A stretch of 64,000 nucleotides of DNA from Antedon mediterranea. Taxonomy: Eukaryota > Animalia > Echinodermata. The position numbers and the translations under genes are program-made. The stretch is taken from the NCBI RefSeq assembly GCF_964355755.1, contig NC_092671.1, positions 22,828,070-22,892,069 on the forward strand, read 5' to 3'. Of this stretch, positions 1-12,231 are shown one piece after another. Position 1 is the first letter of the stretch, and each line of letters opens with the position of its first letter. A model generated the notes under the pieces. That model searched no databases, was not told where the DNA came from, and saw only the letters and a program-made list of their open reading frames with translations.

Positions 1-260
1 ATAGAAACATTGATATTTTGAACAATATGAGACCAACATTAAATTCCTACAGACATAGAAAGAATAAAAAGGTCAAAATGTCAAATATGATATTTCCAGC
101 CATATTTAAAGACTAAGTTTCATTAGAGGTAATAATCCAGATGATCCCATTTTCGGGACTTTTTTTTTTATACCAAGTGCGAAAAGTATTTTAACAATCA
201 AAATGATACTGACTTAAAAACAAAGTATAAAAAGGTATGTTGAAGGCTACTAACTACTAG

Positions 261-2168
261 GGGGCTTGGGGGTAATTTTCAGGGGGTTATTGTTCCTAGG
301 GGGTAATTGTCCGGGGGTTAGTTGTCCAGTGGTTAGTTGTCCTACGGAGGTAGTTGTCCTAAAAGATTATTTGCCCTCGTAGTATTGTCCAGGTCAAGGA
401 GGTAGTTGTCCTACGGGGAGTAGTATTGTGTCAGAGGTAGTTGTCCGGGGGGTTATTTACCCGGGGGGGGGGGGCGGGTAAATTGTCTGGTTGTCGAATG
501 GTCCGTCCGCGGGGGGTAGTTGTTCTAAAGGGATAGTTGCCTGGGTGATAGTTGTCCAGGGGTTAGTTGTCCTACGGAGGTCGTTGTCCTGAAACATTAT
601 TTGCCCTCGGAGTATTGTCCAGGTCCAGAGGTAGTTGTCCGCTGGGTAATTACCAGGGGGCGGGGGGCTAATTGTCCGGTTGTCGAATGGTCTGGGTGGT
701 AGTTGTCCGTCCGGGGGGTAGTTGTTCTAAAGGGATAGTTGCCTGGGTGGTAGTTGTCCATCCAGGGGTTAGTTGTTCTACGGAGGTAGTTGTCCTGAAA
801 CATTATTTTCCCTCGGAGTATTGTCCAGGTCCAGAGGTAGTTGTCCGCGGGGTAATTACCAGGGGGGGGGGGGGGTAATTGTCCGGAGAGCTGGGTAATT
901 TTCAGGGGGTAATTGTCCGGGGGAAATTGTCCGGGGGGAATTGTCCGGGGGGGTAGTTGTCCAGGGGTTAGTTGTCCTACGGAGGTAGTTGTCTTAAAAG
1001 ATTATTTGCCCTCGTAGTATTGTCCAGGTCCAGGAGGTACCGTATTTTCCGGAGTATAGGTCGACCCCAAGTATAAGTCGACCCCCAACTTTGGCCTAGA
1101 ATATCGTTGATTTTGGTATGACCTGAATATAAGTCGACCCCCAAAATCGGCTAATAACACAACTTACTTTAAAGTTCAAAGAGGGCTAGAAATGTATGAA
1201 ATGTGGTTATTTGTTTATATTATTAAAGTGTAGGCCTAATCAATATCGGACAGACGTAATGACGACGACTTCGCCGCCGTCTTCACCAGCCTATAATAAA
1301 TGACAGCGATGTAGCGTTACTTGCCATCAGCGATGTTTTTCGCGTCATTCGAATAAATTAAAACGAGTTTTCCGTTAGGAGGCTTATTAATTGTACAGGC
1401 GAGTAGTTGTAAATCGCGTTATCTGTAAATGTACACGCGCCCGACTAAGGAGAATTTATTTTATGAATAGACATGCGCAGTAATTGTAATTACGAACAAA
1501 CAAACAAACTGCGCATGTGTATAGATGAAAATATCGCGCAATAACAAACATGCTGCATGGACATTCCGACGTCTGTGGTGTGTGTTACGATGTTTTCGCG
1601 AGAGTGAATAAGAAGCATAAATAAAACTATTTATTCTTAATTATCTTAAAAGCGTAATATTAACATCAAAATGAGTCATTGTGATATATTAATATTTTAT
1701 TGACCAGTACTTGTTGGAGTTGTATTATTTTGTACAATGTAGGTATTAAATTGAAAACTTCTGTGAGTGATTGATGATAGGCCACTGACCTTGCTGGGCC
1801 TTGCTTGACAGCTGACGGCTTTTGAACATATTTTTTCGGCCTGATTTTTTTCAAAAATCGCATGGTCGGAGTATAAGTCGACCCCTCGATTTTGCAATTA
1901 AAATTTTCCCGCAAAATCTCGACCTATACTCCGGAAAATACGGTAGTTGTCCTACGGGGAGTATTGTGTCAGAGGTAGTTGTCCGCGGGGTAATTACAGG
2001 GGGGTGGGGGTAATTGTCCGGGGGTAATTGTTTCTAGGGGGTAATTGTCCGGAGGTAGTTATCCAGGGGGTAGTTGTCCTAAGGGGGTAGTTGTCCAGGT
2101 GGTGGTTGTCCGGGGGTAGTTTTCCGGGGGGGGGGGGGGAATGTCCAGAGGGTTAATATCCGGATACG
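261..2168 (+). repeat. G-rich degenerate tandem repeat (GGGG(G)TA(G/A)TTGTCC-type units), interrupted by a MITE
   Basis: Dozens of variants of ggggtagttgtcc/ggggtaattgtcc with repeating higher-order blocks. Ends in ...atccggatacg. Split by the insertion at 1040-1943. Confidence 0.9.
1040..1943. mobile_element. Tc1/mariner-pogo-like MITE
   Basis: Perfect 25-bp TIRs (CCGTATTTTCCGGAGTATAGGTCGA). TA duplicated at 1038-1039 and 1944-1945. Removing it restores the repeat unit ggaggTAgttgtcctacgggg seen at ~399-418. Internal gtataagtcgacccc repeats; no coding capacity. Confidence 0.92.
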
Positions 2169-2744
2169 ACTAGAGAATATACTAGTCGAATACTGTGTAC
2201 ACAATGTGGTTGCCAAGCTTGAAGGGCTCGCTCGCGCTGGGGGTACGACGGTCGTGCGTATAACTATAATACTATTCCAATCGTAAACGTTTACAAATGA
2301 AATTTTATCGGAGCGCCTAAAACAGCTCCATAATGAACAAATCTTTTCATCATATTTAGTACAAAATCACGCTAAAATGCCTTGAAAACTAGCAGGTTGC
2401 TGTTACGCTGGTACACTGTAGCTAGGCTACGCCTACTCTTTCAACTTTAGTAATACTAATAGGCCTAGGCCTTACCTTAAAAAGCCCAGGCCTAGCCAAC
2501 GAGGTGGCGATATCTGTGTGTTGAGGCATTTATGTTCGGTGTATAAGACGCACCCTTAATTTAGAGGTTAAATTTGCGTGTCAAAAGTGCGATTATACAC
2601 CGAAATATACGCTACGTTATTTTTTTTTTTTTTTAAGCGCCCTCAACGAAAAAAAAAACTTTTTCTTATCTCCGCCCCAAATTTTTTGCGAAATTAGGGG
2701 CGGCGGATGACAGCAAACAGACTATTTTTTTTTTTTGGCCTGAT

Positions 2745-2890
2745 GATGATGATGATGATGATTTTGTACAATTACAAGAGGTTATCCGCCAAGTGCGGAT
2801 AACCAATAATAATAATAATATAGATTTAATACAATAACAACAGGTGATCATTTTATTCTAAATGATCACCTAATAAATGATCACCTAATT
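2745..2890 (-). mobile_element. Stacked 5' heads of HINE/Helentron-like elements (reverse orientation)
   Basis: ggttatccgccaagtgcggataacc and aggtgatcattttattctaaatgatcacct hairpins are reverse complements of the heads at 27738-27830. Confidence 0.7.
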
Positions 2891-4410
2891 ACTCTAAAAC
2901 TAGTTATTACAGAAATTATTTTAAAAATGCAAAAACATGAAATCTGCTGATTATGTTAATTTCTAAATAGTCATCAGATCACGTAACATTTTCTACTTCA
3001 ATTAAAATTTCTTACATTAAAGTAACGACCTAGATTTCCTTCTTTTTTGGCATCCATCACATAGCAGTGTTCTTCTCTAAACAAACTTCGGGTTCTTGAA
3101 AAACTTTGTTTTTCATCAACTTCATAGTCTAAAGTATAAAAAATAGTATATATATTACAGAGATTACATTACATTACACGTAAACAACAGCTACTGTTTA
3201 ATTTAATAATCTGTCATCATATTCAGCTTTTTTTACACAGACTAATATTATGTTCAATTAACATTAACATTTAATTGAAAGTTAAAATGGACCTGAAATG
3301 GACTTTCGATTTTCAAGAAATTCACACATGTTATTTAAACCTATATATAAATTTACGTAAGGGCAAAATACGGTAAATCGCCCCTTACTTTTAGAATTTT
3401 TACTCGATGGTATATAAAGTTGGTTCGTACTTTCGGTACTGATTTTAACCACCTGATTTAACCCTGTTTACTAATTAAATTAAGTTAGATAATTAGTTAT
3501 TGAGTCGACGATTAAAACGAATTTAGGTTCAACGATTTGCCCCAAAGAGGGGTGTTTTCCGATCGTGGTATACACTGTCTAATGGATGTCCATCTTGAAA
3601 AATACCCGCCACAAAAATGCTAGGAGGCTTCGCATTTTCCTATCTCCTCCTACGATAATTGTTTTTAATAGCTGAAAACCGGTTGAACAGCTAGAGTACA
3701 CCATCATAATGTTGAAGACAGGCCGATTTTCTTTAAAAAATACTATTTTGATAGATTTAATATACGATTATACAAATGTAATGATTTGCGATGAATGGAA
3801 CATCCCAATCTCTCAGTCTGCCAGAGTTTAACACAAGTAGGTAAATTTATGAGCCCTTGGTTTAACACATACGGTAGGTAAATATATGGGCCCTTTGAGA
3901 ATAAACTTGCAATACTTCGACAATACTGTAAATACCTATTAACTATTGTTGGTCCTCATTTGAATCGAACATTTCTTACTGTGAATGTTCGTACTGTTAG
4001 ATGTAATATAAAAATATATACAAATAAACTTTATTACTGAGATTGTGGATAGGCTCTACTGTTAGATATATAAACACATTATTATATACAAATAAACTTT
4101 ATACTGACAGTTCCTTCTCAACGTTTGTATTACTTAATAATTACCAAAAATATAAACGTCGTAGTGGTGTATCGTGTACTTTAATATTTCAATCGATTAT
4201 GACAGTGACAGTTTTAACAAAGTATTAAATCGCAAATGTTTTACTGTATTTAGATGTAGGCCTATATTATTTATAGGCCTATAAAACATGAAAGAAATAT
4301 TTCGTTACTGAGTGGATAAAGAATATATTTAAAAATTGTTCTTCTTTGTACCTATCCACTTTCCCATCCCTCAACCCTAATGTTACATACAAAACACAAA
4401 TTGGGTTTCT

Positions 4411-4553
4411 TTAAATGAGTCCAAATGAAAAATTTGGACTCATATTGTGATAAGTTTCTCCTTCGGAAGTAATTCCCAGGGTTCTGTCTTTTAGAATAAA
4501 AGTGACACTGTCACAGGCTCCATTTAACGAATCCTCTCCAGGTGCCAGTATAA
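4411..4553 (-). CDS. Possible terminal coding exon of a host gene (xILAPGEDSLNGACDSVTFILKDRTLGITSEGETYHNMSPNFSFGLI*)
   Basis: Non-repetitive sequence. AG at 4555-4554, then a phase-1 frame of 47 codons ending in TAA. Polypyrimidine tract is weak and no homology is recognised. Confidence 0.22.
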
Positions 4554-4717
4554 CTATAATGACACATCATTATCCTGAGACACTATGTGAGACACGATTA
4601 CACAATTACGCATTTAGTACTTACTTAAAAAGTAAAAATAAACCTTAGTTTCTAGTAATATTGATAATAAATCTCCAGAAATATATATTGTTTATTATGT
4701 ACACTGGGAACAGACGT

Positions 4718-5125
4718 TGTAACGCTCGTAGCGTCGTACGTTAATCGGTATACAAAAAAAAAAACTTCCAACCAGGTTTTGCACTTCACAATTTATTTAT
4801 TGTGGTTCAAACTGAAAATGCAACAAAATAATACAATAAAGAACTACAATGTATCCAGGTTAAATTAGCAAAATGTAGAAATGGTATTAAGCCTAAACTA
4901 AACTAAAGAGAGTAATCAAAGGAAGCAAATAACGAACTTACATCACTGGCCTGTCTGGTGTAAGGTAATACAAAGGTATGCAAAGGATTACCGCTCACGA
5001 AATGAAAAAGAACGACAACGACAAGCGCAGCACAGTAAAAGGGAATAATAGAAACAAAAGGACGGGAAATTTACATATTATGTCAGGTGCAGTTTAACAT
5101 AGCAGAAATAAAGCGTTGCGTTACT
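4718..5125. mobile_element. 408-bp insertion with LTR-like termini and a 9-bp TSD
   Basis: Termini TGTAACGC...GCGTTACT. Exact AACAGACGT repeats at 4709-4717 and 5126-5134. Confidence 0.7.
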
Positions 5126-5699
5126 AACAGACGTGTATATGTATAATTTGTCGGTGACATTCAAAGATATTATACAACAGTGTCTTACAGAATGATGACA
5201 ATGAATTGGTCTATTATAGTTGTCTCCGATACCTTTTCAATCATGATTGTACTTGCACCCAGATGAAGGAGGTTTAATCCAGTTATTGTTATTACGATAT
5301 TAATTGTGTTGTATTTTTTTTTATATCTAGGGTGTATTTATTTGATTATAGAAAAAAAAAACGTCTCCACTAAATAAACACCAATCCCCCTAAACACCCC
5401 TCTGAACAATAAATGCCCGGGGCGTTTATTCGGATAAATACGGTAAGTTACTTCTAGCATTCTGAAAAGAACTGTTGAGTTTGACGTTTCTATCAATGTT
5501 TGATCATCCTCAGGGGTCAACAATATTTTCTAGCATTATTATAAGCAAAAGTAAAATTACAAACCATTTAAAGCATCAGTTATTGCATAACATTTATATA
5601 AGAATAAGTTGTGTAGAGGTATGTTTTTTGTTTGAAACATTAGTAATATTAATAGTATTTCTGATCATCTTTTCAACAAATTTTATGTTAGAATGAATG

Positions 5700-6397
5700 T
5701 ATATATATTGTATGTATATTTACAACAATTTGATACCAATTTTAAGTTTCTACGACTAGTACTAGTAGTACTATAGATATAAAGATGCCCTGGAATGTGG
5801 GTCAAAGGTCAGAAATTGCATTTATGATCATTTTCCACTAAAATGTCCCATTAGACTGAATATGAATGCATGCCTTCTCAACATTTTGAGACTAAAATTG
5901 ACTTGCTGCGACCAGTGGTTGCCAAGATACAAGTACCTATTTGTGTTTGTTCATATAACCCTTGACCCTGACCCTTTGACCTTCTGTAACATTTTTTAAT
6001 GTGCAACAAATAATAAAATGTATATTGCGAACAATGTAAGACCTAATTTAAGTGTCTACGACCAGTAGTTACGGAGATAGATACATGCCCTGGGTAGTGG
6101 GTCAAAAGTCAGAAATGGCATTTCCGGTCATTTTTGACTAAAATGTCCCATTAGACTGAATATAAATGTATACCCTCTGATCAATTTGAGATCAAAATTA
6201 CCTTGCTTTGACCAGTGGTTGTCGAAATTTATGGACCTATTGGTTTATAACCTTTCACCTGACCTTTTGACCTTTCGCCCCATTTTCAAAATGTGTAACC
6301 AGGCCAAAAATGATTGTTTGACCATTCTAAACCAATTTCGGAAGTCAAATTCTCTGGACCTCAAAGTGCATACGAAAGTAAGTTGATATAGCTACTA
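5700..6397 (+). mobile_element. Truncated right end of an Academ-like element
   Basis: ~240-bp subterminal repeats (gggtcaaaggtcagaaatggcattt...aaatgtcccattagact) resembling 12540-12700. Ends in ...gctaCTA directly against a HINE body. Left end not found. Confidence 0.5.
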
Positions 6398-7649
6398 GAG
6401 TAAATAGGTGAAATTACGGACCCGCCATTTATTCCAATTTTTAACATGGTGACCATATCAAAAAGAAACACTAAGATAGCAATATCGGAAGAAAATTATC
6501 TCACCAACAACATATTAACATGTAGAAGAAATTTGAATACATAAAATATAGATGTGTGCTCTTTTAAATGTGATGAACTATGACGCAAAATATGAAAATT
6601 TGACTTTTTTTATTCAACTGACCATATGATGACTTCACAACATCTGATTGGCAAAATGTTCACATGAATTCGTATCTACAATCCAATAACTTCCAGAAAA
6701 CGTTTTAATCATGATTATCACTTTTTATTCAGACGAGCTATAACAGATTGAAATTTACAGTAAATATGAAAATAAGAGGCCCACGTTATTTACATTTTCA
6801 AACAGTATGATGTCATAAAAATTTAAATATTTTTAACTTGTGTGAAAGACAATTGATTGACCTAGACAATATCAAAATCTGGGTGAAAATAGAAAACAGA
6901 TAAGTGGAGATGCGCTCTATTAAAATGTGCTATGACAAAAGATACAAAAATCCTAAAAAAAAAATGTTATATTCGGGTGGCCATACGATGACGTCACAAT
7001 GTCCGATTAGCCATATTAATGCATGATCCGACATCTACAACTAATCAACTTCCAGAATATGTAATAAAAATAACTTTCAACGTTTAGTTTAGAAACTATG
7101 ACTGTTTAAAAAATGCATAATTTTTATGAATTTTTGAACTTTTTCATAAAAAACACGCGCAAATTGTCCAATTCGACGTGATTGTATGATGTAATTTTTT
7201 AAAAATTGGTAAAATTACTAGAAAAGGCTGAAAAAACATAAATCACAGGGAAAAATATGTCTTTAACGCTACGTGCGCACTGTGCTCGTAAAAATATGCA
7301 CGCACGTGGGCATTTAGACATGCTCAAAATGACAAGAAACACGTAGAAAGTTGATAAGAAATTGTTTTTTCGCATTTTGAAATTTTAAATGCTCGTGTGG
7401 GCGTAACTTTCTGTGAAACATGCAATTTTTTTTACACAGAAAGTTAGCACAAGATGTAAATTAAAATTCTAAGTTTCAATTTAAATTGTTGTATGGTTTT
7501 CGATCTATATTAAATACGGGAAATTCAAAAAGTCACATTGTCACATTGCGCAATTCTGACGTCATTCAAAACAGGAGAAGCACAACTTCACATAAATGCC
7601 CACATGTTGACAAAGTTATAAAATGTTATGTTTTCACATTTTTGAGATA
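6398..7649 (-). mobile_element. HINE/Helentron-like body, interrupted by the Academ dimer and resuming at 18104
   Basis: Reverse complement of the ~1.5-kb bodies at 29150-30470. Continues after 18103 (atacgc...cacaaaaatgacagaaagaaagaagaa). Confidence 0.85.
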
Positions 7650-8526
7650 TAGTCAGGCAGCATTTGTCACTATATTAACTTTACTTCATATATTTAGCCA
7701 AGTTTGATTTTTCACTTTTAAATGATCAAGGACATCACAAGAAACAACTTCCAACTTGTTGTCCAAATTCTAAACGCGTTTTTCATTCGCTGGGGGCGCT
7801 TTTTCAAAATGGCCGCCTATGCTATCAAGTACTTATATCTCGGCAACCACTAATCGTAGAGACTTGGTTTTAGTCTTAAAATGTTCGTAAGGTACATAAT
7901 TCTATTCACTATAATGGAACATTTTGCCCTAAAATGACCGGAAATACTATTTCTGACCATTTAACCTTTGACCTGATCTTATCATATCTCAATAACTATT
8001 GGTCAGAAAGAGTTGATATTTATCCCAAATTTTTCAGAAAATACATGTTTTTATTTGCTTTAATGCAAAGGTTTGTTTCAAGATGGCCGGAAAAACCATA
8101 TCTGACCTTTGACCATAACCTGTGTGATATCCACAACATGTTGGTTATAGATAACATTTTTCGACAGATTGCTCAGAACATCCATATTTGTAACACATTA
8201 TTGATTTTTCAATTATTGATGCTTTAAAACATTCACTTAAGCTTGGAAATTAAAGTTTTAAAATAAATAAAAGCTACTCATTATCTCCATACATAATCCT
8301 AGCCTGTGATTGGCTGAAAGTTCAAGCAGATTAGATTTCATGAGTTTAAATGGTAAGTGTTTTTTAAACCGATTTAAACAGTGTTTGCTGGGAAATCATA
8401 CTTATTATTAGTACATATACATTTACTTGTATAATAATGTACCTATGCTGATATAAATGTTGTACAGAGAGGCCTTAGTTAAATAGTTATAAACTATAGT
8501 TCCAGTCTAGGCCTTGTCGCTAACAC

Positions 8527-10461
8527 CAGTGGTGGCGCCAGCGGGGGGGCTACGGGGGCTGTAGCCCCCTCGTCGGGGAGCCTAGCCCCCCACGTCGGGG
8601 AACGCGAGTACTTTTCGTCGGGGAATATAATATAAAGTAAAAATCATTCGCGTTCACTTCGTAGCTTCAGCGACTAGAAAACCACGAAGTTCCATTTTTG
8701 TTAAGTACGTCGGAGGGCTATTACACTTAATATTATGCATGCATTATTGCCAGCGATCTAATAAACAATAGGTATGCACTTGTCTGGCGGTGTCCCTTTG
8801 TACGAATCGTTTAACATTGGGCCCGGCCCATTGCGGTTTACGCGTGATATCATGTTCCACCCAGGGACCAGAATGTGTACTGTAGTTACTTTCCAGGCGA
8901 AGTTTACTGACGCGTTACGTCGTGTACTGTGTATCGACAGCAAAAGGGTACGAATTATCTTCGTGATCTACGGTATTTTATTGTTCGTATGTTCAATTTT
9001 TTTAATTTACGATTACCGTGGGGTACTGTAGGCTCGGCCTACATTACTAAACAAAAAACATGCCATTTTCGTTTAGCCAACATCTTATTACATTTCCAAT
9101 GTCCTGTATGTCATGAACTGCTCGTACATCGAAATTCGAGATTCACATTTGGGAAATAAACTGATTTCCCCGACGGAAAATGGTCTACGCTTGTGGATGC
9201 ATTCCCCTCCAAATAAAAGGTAAAAAGGGTAACTTGTTTAGGCCTCTATGTCTGAATTTTTTTAAAGTATAGGTGTAATTTTTGAAGACCTGCATCTCTA
9301 GTTTCCAAAATTGTCTTAGCTCAACCGTCCCCAATTATTGAGCTGGTCATGTATACTTACCGTACATTTTGTTTCATATTTCGATGTACAATATACAGTC
9401 AGTGCATTGAACCTAGAGCTCTATTTTTTCAATTTGTTTATATATCCATGGTAGGGCTGGTTCTGGAGACGTACCGGTATATATCTTGTTTATGCTTCGA
9501 AGTATAATAAGTAAAATTTCCGGGACCTAGCAACTCTATTTTTCAGAATGTTCTTAGCTCCACCCCAACCATGGTGGGCTGGACCTATAATTTCGTTTCA
9601 TATTTCAATGTTTTGCAGGGACCTAGCAGCTCTATTTTTGACAATTTTCTTAGCTCTGGTTCTGTAGACTTATAATTTCGTTTCATTTATCAATATGGGC
9701 CTATATAAGTGCAATTTCCAGGTACCTAGCAGGTCTATTTTTCACAATTTTCTTAGCAGCTCAACCATAATGGTAGGGCTGGTCCTGGAGCCTTATATAT
9801 TTTGTTTCTTTTTTTCGAAATACTATAATCCAATATCCGGGGACCAAACAACTCTAGTTGTTTAAATGTCCTTAGCTCCATCTCAACCTCGGTGGGCTTG
9901 TTCTCTGATAGACTTGTAATTTCGTTTTATATATCAATGTATAATTGCAATTTCCGGGGACCTAGCAGCTCTATTTTACAAAATTTTCTTACAGATCAGG
10001 CCATGGATATCTCGCGCATTTACAATTTTCGCACCCCCAGACAGCAACCTGCCTACGTCTCTGCGATTATAACGATATACCTCTTGGCCCGTGGGTAGGT
10101 TTTACGTTCACGTATATTTTCTATGATAGGCATATTGAACTTTAAAAACTTCATTTTTAAATTTGAAAGAATGGATTTACACAGTCATCGTACCGGACCT
10201 CTTGCAATGTGTTTTTCACACAGTATTTTATTTATGTACCATACAAAATTGAAAAAATTGGCTACCCTAAATCTGATTAAAACGGCCTCAAATTACGCTA
10301 TAACGTGTTGCTTCCGGGGGCTCCCCCTCCCCCCACCAGGGGCCCTTGGCGGCCCCCTGGCCCCCAGCCAAGTGATGCTCGCTTCACTCGCATAGCCCCC
10401 CTCCCCCACCCCCGTCGGAGAATTTAGCCCCCGCGTCGAAAAGATCCTGGCGCCACCCCTG
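8527..10461. mobile_element. Non-autonomous hAT-like element nested in Academ copy 1
   Basis: 15-bp TIRs CAG(T/G)GGTGGCGCCAG with 14/15 match. 8-bp TSD GCTAACAC at 8519-8526 and 10462-10469. Internal ~120-bp tandem repeats at ~9270-9990. Confidence 0.9.
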
Positions 10462-10548
10462 GCTAACACCTAGCAAACAATGCTAGCCTGGTGAGATCCC
10501 CGTAGAACTCAGTGACAAGCCAACTCAGTGCCTGGCATGGTAACCTCC

Positions 10549-12231
10549 GATGATGTCAGTCAAACGATTGAAAAGCGAGACCAATTAGGAAAAGAAGCAT
10601 TGGATAAAATTGTGACTTAACGAGTGGTTGAAAAAACCGTAAAATTTTGGGACCCTCAAAAGAAAAACAACTTCTCTTATTTCAAGGATGTAGGAGCAGT
10701 GGTGAAAACCAAAATTAAAGGTCAACTAATATAGTTTCAATTAAGCAAGAGAGAAAGATGCTGTCTAGATTGTTAGTTGTGGCAAAGAGCAGGCCAGAGT
10801 TCGCTCTAAAGGATGTCATAGGCAACTATGAGTTCAATAGCACTCCACCATCAAATTTCCATCCAGATGGAAGAATGGTATTGCAGTCAATAACAGAACT
10901 CCCTCTACCAGATAATGTCAGCAGGCCTGTACAGAAAGATGTTAAAAAGCAGCATCAATCCTAATTATTGATGGAATGTGTGTCGTCAATATGGTAAAGA
11001 AGGTGTCTGAAAAGTTCAATGCTTCTGACTTTGCATCTGAATTTGTTAACCTGATTGTTGGTATGAGCAAACCATATGATGAAGTTCGTCTTTTATTTGA
11101 TCAATATCTATCAGGATCTTTAAAAGAATCTACACGAGATAAAAGAAAACAGAAAACAACTACCATTCACTACCATGTCAATGACAACACTGAGATTAAG
11201 AACATTAAGACATTTTTATCGCACAAAGAGACCAAAGCTGAACTTACAAAATATCTGTCAGAGAAGATACCTAATCACTTCAAGAACAACACGAAGAAGG
11301 TCCTAGCAACACATCACACGTCCATGATGGCAAACTGCAATCTCTCAGAAGTTATCATGATGCCAGAGATGACACACGGACAAACACACATTGGAAGAAG
11401 GGGACCAACTGGTCTTATTGTATGCCTTTGATTGTATGAACAAAGACCCAGGTGCCAATGTTGACCTATTTTCTGTAGATACTGATGTCTTTATCCTTTT
11501 AACAGGAAGCTATCCTCTACTTCCTCCAATGACCACATTTTGTAGGAAAAGAGGGGAAAAAATACCTATATGGCAATGCTATTACCGACTTTGAAAACAA
11601 ATATCAGCAGCACTGATTGGATGGTACGCATTAGGTACAGATAACATAGGTACATTTGCTGGAAAAGGAGTGTCCACCCATTTCAAAGCACTTATGAAAT
11701 GTGACGATGAAATACTAGATGCATTTGCTGTATATGGACTGACCTCTGAAATACCAAATTGGATTTTCAGGCAAATGGAAAGATATGTTTGCATATTATA
11801 CAGTACTTCTAAGATCATGGCAGATTATGTCACAGACTTGAGATGGATGTTATTTGCACCGAAAGGCAAGGAAGGACAACAATTACCTCCAACCATGGGA
11901 ACTCTTAGACCACACGTGGAAAGAGCATACTACATGTCTATTGTATGTAATTCATCATGCAAGCCAACTCCATCTATTCCACCAGCAACTGACTACTCCC
12001 TGGCAACTAGAAGATGGTCACTTGAAGCCGGTATTTTTCAACAATCCACCAGCACCAGAAGCTCTTCTAGAAATTCGTCGATGTACCAGCAATGGTTCAT
12101 GTTCAACAAATCGCTGTAGTTGTAAGAAAAACAACTTGCTCTGTACTGATGCATGTGAGTGTGGTGATGGATGTGAGAATACAAAGGACTGGAATGTAGA
12201 GCTAGTAGACGATATCGATGAACTTTATTGA
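10549..12231 (+). pseudogene. C-terminal part of Academ protein (XPG/FEN1-like PIN nuclease plus Cys8/CXC finger), frameshifted
   Basis: Motifs across frames: LSRLLVVAKSRPE, IDGM, FDQY...SLK..TRDKR, EEGD, VDTDVFILL, GTD...FAGKG, LPPT...LRPHVERAYY, CTSNGSCSTNRCSCKKNNLLCTDACECGDGCEN. Several stops and frameshifts. Confidence 0.82.

Noticed and set aside
597-2013. Short ORFs in the G-rich repeat and MITE
   Set aside because: Low-complexity translations of repeat units with no domain motifs.
5365-5445. Complete MITE
   Set aside because: Only one pogo-like end (...ataaatacggTA) is visible, with no matching partner terminus. A similar lone remnant lies at ~2535-2612.
11854-12231. Host tesmin/CXC or metallothionein-like gene
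   Set aside because: The Cys cluster is the C-terminus of the frameshifted Academ protein inside TIRs.
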